In this document: piece after piece, positions 58,503 through 64,000 of the stretch | How the letters are laid out: each line of letters starts with the position of its first letter | How positions within the stretch are numbered: the first letter of the stretch is position 1 | Assembly: GCA_963715985.1 (NCBI GenBank) | Contig: CAVQSP010000009.1 | Location: 1 to 64,000, forward strand | Source of the DNA: an uncultured Thermoleophilia bacterium | GTDB lineage: Bacteria > Actinomycetota > Thermoleophilia > UBA2241 | Reading direction: 5' to 3' | DNA length: 64,000 nucleotides | Notes under the pieces: generated by a model | What the model was told of the DNA's origin: nothing | The model's database searches: none | What the model saw: the letters and a program-made list of their open reading frames with translations, nothing else | Program-made: the position numbers and the translations under genes

Positions 58503-58915
58503 GGACGTTCGTCGACACCAACGTCCTCGTCTACCTCTTCGACGCCGGTGAACCCGCCAAACAGGAGAGAGCCCGCCAGGTGATCAGCGACCTCTGCCGC
58601 GCCGGCACGCTGGTGGTGAGCTCCCAGGTACTGAGCGAGTTCTACGTCGCCGTCACCCGCAAGCTCGAGGAGCCACTGCCGCCCGACCTGGCGCTTCGGG
58701 CCCTCGCCGACCTCGCGGCGTACCCGTGCGTCGCCATCGACGCCGCGCTCGTCCAGCGCGCGGCGGCGCACTCCGCCGCCGACCGCTTGTCGTACTGGGA
58801 TGCGCTCATCGTCGAGGCTGCCGTCGAAGCCGGGGCGGACGTCCTCTGCTCGGAGGACTTCCAGGCGGGCCGCTCCTATCAGGGCGTGCTCGTCGACGAC
58901 CCCTTCGCGAGCTGA
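58499..58915 (+). CDS. PIN-domain toxin (VapC-like)
   Basis: FVDTNVLVY, QVLSEF, SYWDALI, SEDFQ. Confidence 0.92.
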   Translation: MRTFVDTNVLVYLFDAGEPAKQERARQVISDLCRAGTLVVSSQVLSEFYVAVTRKLEEPLPPDLALRALADLAAYPCVAIDAALVQRAAAHSAADRLSYWDALIVEAAVEAGADVLCSEDFQAGRSYQGVLVDDPFAS

Positions 58916-58933
58916 CGCCCGGATCCGCTGCCG

Positions 58934-59843
58934 TCACGGCGGGCACTTGCCGCAGATCGACCTGAACTGCATGGTGCTGAGATAGCGGTCGCCGCGGTCG
59001 GGGAGGAGCACGACGATGGTGCCGCTCGTCGATCTCGGCGGCGATCTGCATGGCCACGGCGACGGCGGCGCCGCTCGACGAGCCGACGAAGAGGCCCTCG
59101 CTTCTGGCCAGCAGCTTCGTCATCTCGAAGGCCTCGCCATCCCCCACCAGGCGCCGGTCGTCGAGGTCGTCCGGCCGGAAGATGCCCGGCACCATCGACT
59201 CCGTCATGTTCTTGAGGCCCTGGATGGCGTGGCCCTCCACGGGCTCCACGCCGACGATGCGCACGCCGGGCTTCACGGACTTCAGGTAGCGGCCGGTGCC
59301 CATCAGCGTGCCGGTCGTCCCCATGCCGGCGACGAAGTAGTCCACCTCGCCGGCGGTCTGCTCGTAGATCTCGGGGCCGGTCGTCCTGACGTGGGCGAGC
59401 ACGTTGTCGGGGTTCTCGTACTGGTTGGGCATGTAGTACGTCTCGGGCTCCCGCTCCACGAGCCTGTGGGCCTCCCAGATGGCCCCGTCGATGCCCTCGT
59501 GGGCCGGGGTCAGCGACACCTCCGCGCCGAGCCCCTGCAGGATCATGCTGCGCTCGGCGCTCACGCACTCGGGCATGCAGAGGTGCACCCGGTAGCCCTT
59601 GGCGGCACCGATCATGGCGATGGCGATGCCGGTGTTGCCGGACGTGGGCTCGAGGATGGTCTTGCCCTTGACGAGCTCGCCGCGGGCTTCGGCGCCGGCG
59701 ATCATCGAGAGCGCCGGGCGATCCTTGACCGAGCCGCCGGGATTCGCTCCCTCCAGCTTGCAGAGGACACGCACGCCGGGCTTCCGGCTGATGTTCATGA
59801 GCTCAACGAGCGGCGTGTTGCCGATCGCCTCGAGGAGGTTCAT
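58934..59843 (-). CDS. Second cysteine synthase (CysM-like), frameshift near 59025
   Basis: [36 protein letters not shown]. Corrected C-terminus is PDRGDRYLSTMQFRSICGKCPP. Confidence 0.85.
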
Positions 59844-59976
59844 CGCGGCGCCTTTCGTGGGGAGGACCGGCGCCTATGATAGTGGGCACGGCCTCGCCGA
59901 AGAAACACTCGTGCGACTGGCCCGTGACGCCGGGAGCACGGATACTGACGGCAGCAGTGGCAAAAAGGGGGCGGCT

Positions 59977-61292
59977 CTGTCCGGAGACGGGCTCGAACGC
60001 GTGCGGATCGTGCTCGGCAGCCGTGACTTCCGCGTCCTCCTCGCTGCCCGCCTGGCCAGCCAGGTCGCGGAGGGCGCCTTTCTGGCCTCCGTGATGAACA
60101 CGGTCGTCTTTCTGCCGGAATCTCAGAGCACCGTGCGCGGGTTCGCCATTGCGACGGCCATCACCCTGCTGCCCTTCTCGCTGCTCGAGCCCGTCGCGGG
60201 CGTGTTCGTGGATCGCTGGCCACGCCGTCCCATCCTGGTGGCCCTTCCGCTGGTGCGAGCGGCGGCGGCGCTCCTGGCGGTCCCGGGGCTGAGCGCCGTG
60301 GCCGCGGTCTACGCAGGCACGTTCATCGTGTTCTCGGCGAACCGGCTCTTCCAGGCCACCACGGCGGCCGTCATCCCCCGCGTGGTGGGCGGCGAGGGGA
60401 GCATGCGCCGGAGCCCGACGCGCCGTCTCAGGTCGGCGCCGGAGGTCGGCCGCGGCCGTCCGACGACGCCCTGCTCTTCAGCGCCAACATGATCACGGCC
60501 GTCGTCGGGACGGTGGCTCTGTTCGGCGGCGTGCTCGTGGGCGGCCTCCTGTCGGGGGCGGGGGGCACGCCGGCGGTGATCGCCTTCTCCGGGGTGACCT
60601 GGGTGGCGGCGGCGGTCTTCAGTGCGAAGCTGTCCAACCCGCTGCCGCCGAAGAACCCGCCTGCCACTGCATTGAGAAGCCAGCTGGTGGCCACCATCGC
60701 CGACCTCGGGGACGGCTTCCGGCGCATCGGCAGGACGCCGGCCGCCCTCGCGCCGATCCTGACGGTGGGCGTCGGCCAGTTCCTGCAGGTGCTGGTCATC
60801 GCCGCCGCCCTCGTGGTGATCAGGGAGAGCCTCGGCGCAGGTCTCATGACGTTCTCCGCGCTCGTGGCCGCCGGTGGCGTGGGGGTCTTTCTCGGCTTCT
60901 CGACCGCCGGGCTGATGCGCTCGCGCCTGCCCAACCAGCTGCTCATCGCCGCGGCCTTCATCCTCGCGGCCCTGGCCCTGTTGCCCGCCGCCGTGGTGGC
61001 CCTGAACGCGTTCACGCTGACCGTCGGGGCCGTGCTCCTCGGCGCCTCCTACGGATGGACGCGAGTGCCCGTGGACACGCTCGCGCAGCGGGCCGTGCCC
61101 GACAACTACCGCGGCCGGGTGTTCACGGCCATCGACCTGGCCTTCAGCACCGCGCGCGTGCTGGCAGCCCTCGCAGCCGTGGTGGTCGTGCCGCTGCTCG
61201 GCCCACGGACGACGTTCGTCGTGCTGGCGGTCCTCTTCCTCCTCTGGGCACCAGTAGTCCCTCTCTGGCTCCATGGCGACCGCGGCGGGTGA
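59977..61292 (+). CDS. MFS transporter (frameshift around 60410-60470, start uncertain)
   Basis: RDFRVLL, GVFVDRWPRR (motif A), VPDNYRGRVF, about 12 TM helices over two frames. Confidence 0.8.
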
Positions 61293-61352
61293 TCTGCGGC
61301 GGCTCGTCGCACGACTCGCCGCGCGCGCGTGCACCGCGTAGAGTCCGGGACG

Positions 61353-61811
61353 ATGCCGACCGGGATGGAGCAGAGCGGGATCGTGATTCGTCGCAGCGAG
61401 GACTTCGCAGCAGCGCTCGAGCTCGCGAGGGAGGCGGAGCTTGAGGTCGCCCAGGATGCGAGCGAGCCGCTCGCGCTGTGGGGTGCCTTCGACGGTGAGC
61501 TGCTGGTCGGCGTGGTCACGCTGGCGGCTGAAGGCGACATCCCGATCGTGGGGTGGATCGCGGTCAAGGCCGCGTACCGCGGCCGGGGTATCGCGAGCCG
61601 GCTGCTGGCCGCCGCGGAGGAGGAAGCGCGCAGACGCGGCGAGACCGTCCTCTGGGCGACGGCCCGCGCACCCGGGTTCTTCATCTCCAGAGGCTACGAG
61701 GTGATCGCCTCCGGCGAGCAGCGGGACCTCCTGCTCACCGACTGCCGCGACTGCCGGCAGCTGGACAGCACCTGCTGGCCCCAAGTGGTGCGTAAGACCC
61801 TCGTTCCCTGA
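61353..61811 (+). CDS. GNAT family N-acetyltransferase
   Basis: YRGRGIASRLL, FFISRGY, C-terminal CRDC..C. Confidence 0.82.
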   Translation: MPTGMEQSGIVIRRSEDFAAALELAREAELEVAQDASEPLALWGAFDGELLVGVVTLAAEGDIPIVGWIAVKAAYRGRGIASRLLAAAEEEARRRGETVLWATARAPGFFISRGYEVIASGEQRDLLLTDCRDCRQLDSTCWPQVVRKTLVP

Positions 61812-61846
61812 GTCGCCGGGCGTCCCGCTCGACTGCCCTGCGGAAC

Positions 61847-62371
61847 TCAGGCCGGCGCCGGCGAGAGGCTCCACTGCGTCCACGTCATCCCCGTGGTCAC
61901 AAGCCACGTGCTCAGCAGGTCCAAGCCCACCACGAGAATCAGCAGGACCACCTCGAGCAGCGAGATCCAGTTCATCTGCCGGCTGTTGAACGTCGAGACG
62001 GTCACGATGCCCCCCGTAGGGCTGCGGCTCTCGGAGCCGCCGACGCTGCGGCACGCCGCGAACGCGGTCACGGCCATGGTGGAGGCGACGGCCGCGCTGC
62101 CGAAGTGGGGATCGCCGTGCTGCGCAAGGACCAGCAGGCACACGGCCACGAAGATGCCCACAACGCGGACCGTGGTGGGCATGCTCCTCGTGAGGATGGA
62201 AGCGTTGCGCGGCCGGGGCTTGCGCAGCATGAGCCCCGGCGTCTCCAGGCCGAAGCCCAGCGCCACACCGAGAGGAGCGTCGACGAGGAGGTCGATCCAG
62301 AGAGTCTGCGGGGCCGTGAACGGCTCGCCGGCGAGGATGTCGAAGATCGTCGCCTCGATGAAGGTGAGCAC
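61847..62371 (-). pseudogene. C-terminal fragment of a cation-transporting P-type ATPase
   Basis: QTLWIDLLVDAPLGVALG..PGLMLRKPR matches only the C-terminal TM region. No DKTGT or nucleotide-binding domain. Confidence 0.7.
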
Positions 62372-62423
62372 GAAGGCGGCCGGCGGGCGTGTCGCGGCCG
62401 GCCGGCAAGGCCGCTCCGGCCGT

Positions 62424-63195
62424 TCAGCCGGCCGGGACGATGAGCAGCGGGCAGGGGGCCGTGGCCAGCAGGGCCTTCACCACGGCCCCGTGACCGTCGG
62501 CGAAGCTGCCGTTCCAGCTGAGCACGATGAGCTCGGCGGCCAGCGACTCGCATCTCCTTGACGATGGTGGGGGCAGGCGCGCCGACACGCACGCAGACGC
62601 GGTGCCGGCCGCCCTCCGGGCACTGCGAGAAGCGCATGCAGAACTCGTCCTGCCAGGCGCTCCACTCGTAGTGCTCCTGGTCGACGATGCGCGGCGCCGG
62701 GAAGCTGCCCTCCTCGCCGGGCGTGGAACCGGTCATCACGTGCAGCATCACGATCTCGCGGCCGCGCGCGCACAGCGCGTCATCGGCGTGCTTCATGGCC
62801 GCCGACGCCGACGGACTGCCCTCGAGGGGCACGAGCAGACGGCGCAGGCCCGTGAGCGGGCGCATGCCCGGCCGCACCAGGAAGAGGGGCACGCCGTGAC
62901 CGCCCAGCAGGGTCTCGGTGACGTGGCCCAGGCCCGGCCCTGAGCGCGTGCGCAGCCCGAGGGCGACGGCGTGTACCTCCACTTTGCCGACGATGTCGGC
63001 CAGCGCACCGGCGGCGTCGCCCTCCAGCTCGACGATCTCGAGGCCGTCCACGTCTGCGCTGGGCAGCTCCGGCTCCCCGGGGTCGTGCACGTGCACGGCA
63101 CGCACTGTCCAGCCGGCAGCCTTCGCCAGGTTGCGGGAGCCGGCGACGAGCTCTGCGTCGGCGCGCGGGTCGGAGATGGCGACGAGGAGCGTCAA
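62424..63195 (-). CDS. Tandem universal stress protein (frameshift near 62550)
   Basis: GLGHVTETLL, RLLVPLEGS, APCPLLIV. TTG start overlaps the GH65 stop. Confidence 0.75.
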
Positions 63196-64000
63196 AGCTG
63201 GACGACCTCCCAAGGGCATCCGTCGGATCGCCGCAGACGGTGCTTGCCGGGAGAGAACTGCCGCTCCACCCCGTCGAGCAGAACCGTGAGCGCGGCTCGT
63301 TCTACTGTTATACCCACGTGGTCGGCGTGCTTGCTGCGACGCAGGTCGAACTCCGCCCGCGTGCCGCGGAACCACAACGGCACCCGCACCCGCTTCCACT
63401 GCGGCGGCAGGTGCGGGTCGATGAGCAGCGCCTCGTCGCGGCGCTGCAGCCCGGCGAAGCCCATCACCGCGGCCTGCCAGAGGCCACCCATGGTGGCCAT
63501 GTGCAGGCCGCGCGCCGCGTTGCCCATGTTGTCGGCGAGGTCGATGGCGGCCGCCATCTTGAAGTCCTCCACCGCGGTGGCCACGTCGCCCAGGCGCGCC
63601 GCGACGGCCGAGTAGATGCCCGGGCTCAGCGAGCTGCCGTGGCAGGTGATGGGCTCGTAGTAGTCGTAGTTGGCGCGTGCGATGTCGTCGCCGAACTCGT
63701 CCGAGAGGATGTGACACAGCATCACGACGTCGGCCTGTTTGACCACCTTGGCCTGCAGCGTCACGTCGCGCCCCAGAAGGAGGTCGGCGGGCATGGGCCG
63801 CGGCCGCAGCTTCTCGATGGGGATGTCCTCCATGCCGTAGAAGCCGGCGAACTGCTCGAACAGCTTGGTGTGCGGGTCGTACCCGTCGACGAGCCCGTAG
63901 GCGACCTCCAGCCAGTCCGAGATCTCCGGGTCTCCCAGGTCCAAGCGATCGCGCAGCTCCTGCGCGTACCCCGAGTCCACGCGCTCCAGCCACGCCAGCG
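63192..64000 (-). CDS. Glycoside hydrolase family 65 phosphorylase, C-terminal part (partial)
   Basis: EQFAGF, KQADVVML, HGSSLS, GLHMATMGG.W, PHLPPQW. Confidence 0.9.
   Translation of the reverse strand, partial: LAWLERVDSGYAQELRDRLDLGDPEISDWLEVAYGLVDGYDPHTKLFEQFAGFYGMEDIPIEKLRPRPMPADLLLGRDVTLQAKVVKQADVVMLCHILSDEFGDDIARANYDYYEPITCHGSSLSPGIYSAVAARLGDVATAVEDFKMAAAIDLADNMGNAARGLHMATMGGLWQAAVMGFAGLQRRDEALLIDPHLPPQWKRVRVPLWFRGTRAEFDLRRSKHADHVGITVERAALTVLLDGVERQFSPGKHRLRRSDGCPWEVVQL

Noticed and set aside
45069-59952. GGATACTGACGGC occurring at 45069 and 59940
   Set aside because: A single 13-mer match with dissimilar flanks is expected by chance in 64 kb of GC-rich DNA.
2120-62408. Many long antisense ORFs (e.g. 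2120..4249, 13458..15872, 27042..29174, 60309..62408)
   Set aside because: They are shadows of real genes caused by high GC3 and carry no motifs.
1-64000. CRISPR arrays, tRNA/rRNA, transposases, integrases, prophage
   Set aside because: None recognised by eye. tRNAscan-SE, Infernal and CRISPR finders would be needed to exclude weak cases.

Overview
A very GC-rich bacterial window (about 70% by eye). The hemE-hemH-hemY operon and many leaderless-looking genes suggest an anaerobic or facultative Actinomycetota lineage such as Thermoleophilia (inference). Roughly 20 apparent 1-2 nt frameshifts, many in C/G runs, probably reflect long-read indel errors, so several CDS below are reconstructed across frames. 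Contents: (1) a secreted HAO-family octaheme cytochrome c with a PKD domain; (2) coproporphyrin-dependent heme genes; (3) two convergent heterodisulfide-reductase-like operons, hdrB-hdrL-mvhD-fd-hdrA/mvhD-hdrCB-hdrC on + and hdrA-qmoC-hdrA-mvhDGA-protease-hypA on -, the latter beside a two-kinase/one-regulator system; (4) a sulfur block (xsc, cysK, Rrf2, ThiS/MoaD, DoxX); (5) a GT2, GT-C and DUF2064-radical SAM/SPASM cluster, where the last gene ends Cys-Ile-UGA followed by a SECIS-like hairpin; (6) ABC exporter, CapA, lgt, a lone amidinotransferase, VapBC, a second cysteine synthase, MFS, USP and a partial GH65. The best candidates for an undescribed system are the candidate selenoprotein DUF2064-rSAM fusion with its glycosyltransferases, and the QmoC-anchored HdrA/Mvh hydrogenase. 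I saw no rRNA, tRNA, CRISPR array or transposase. All family calls come from motif recognition by eye, not database searches.
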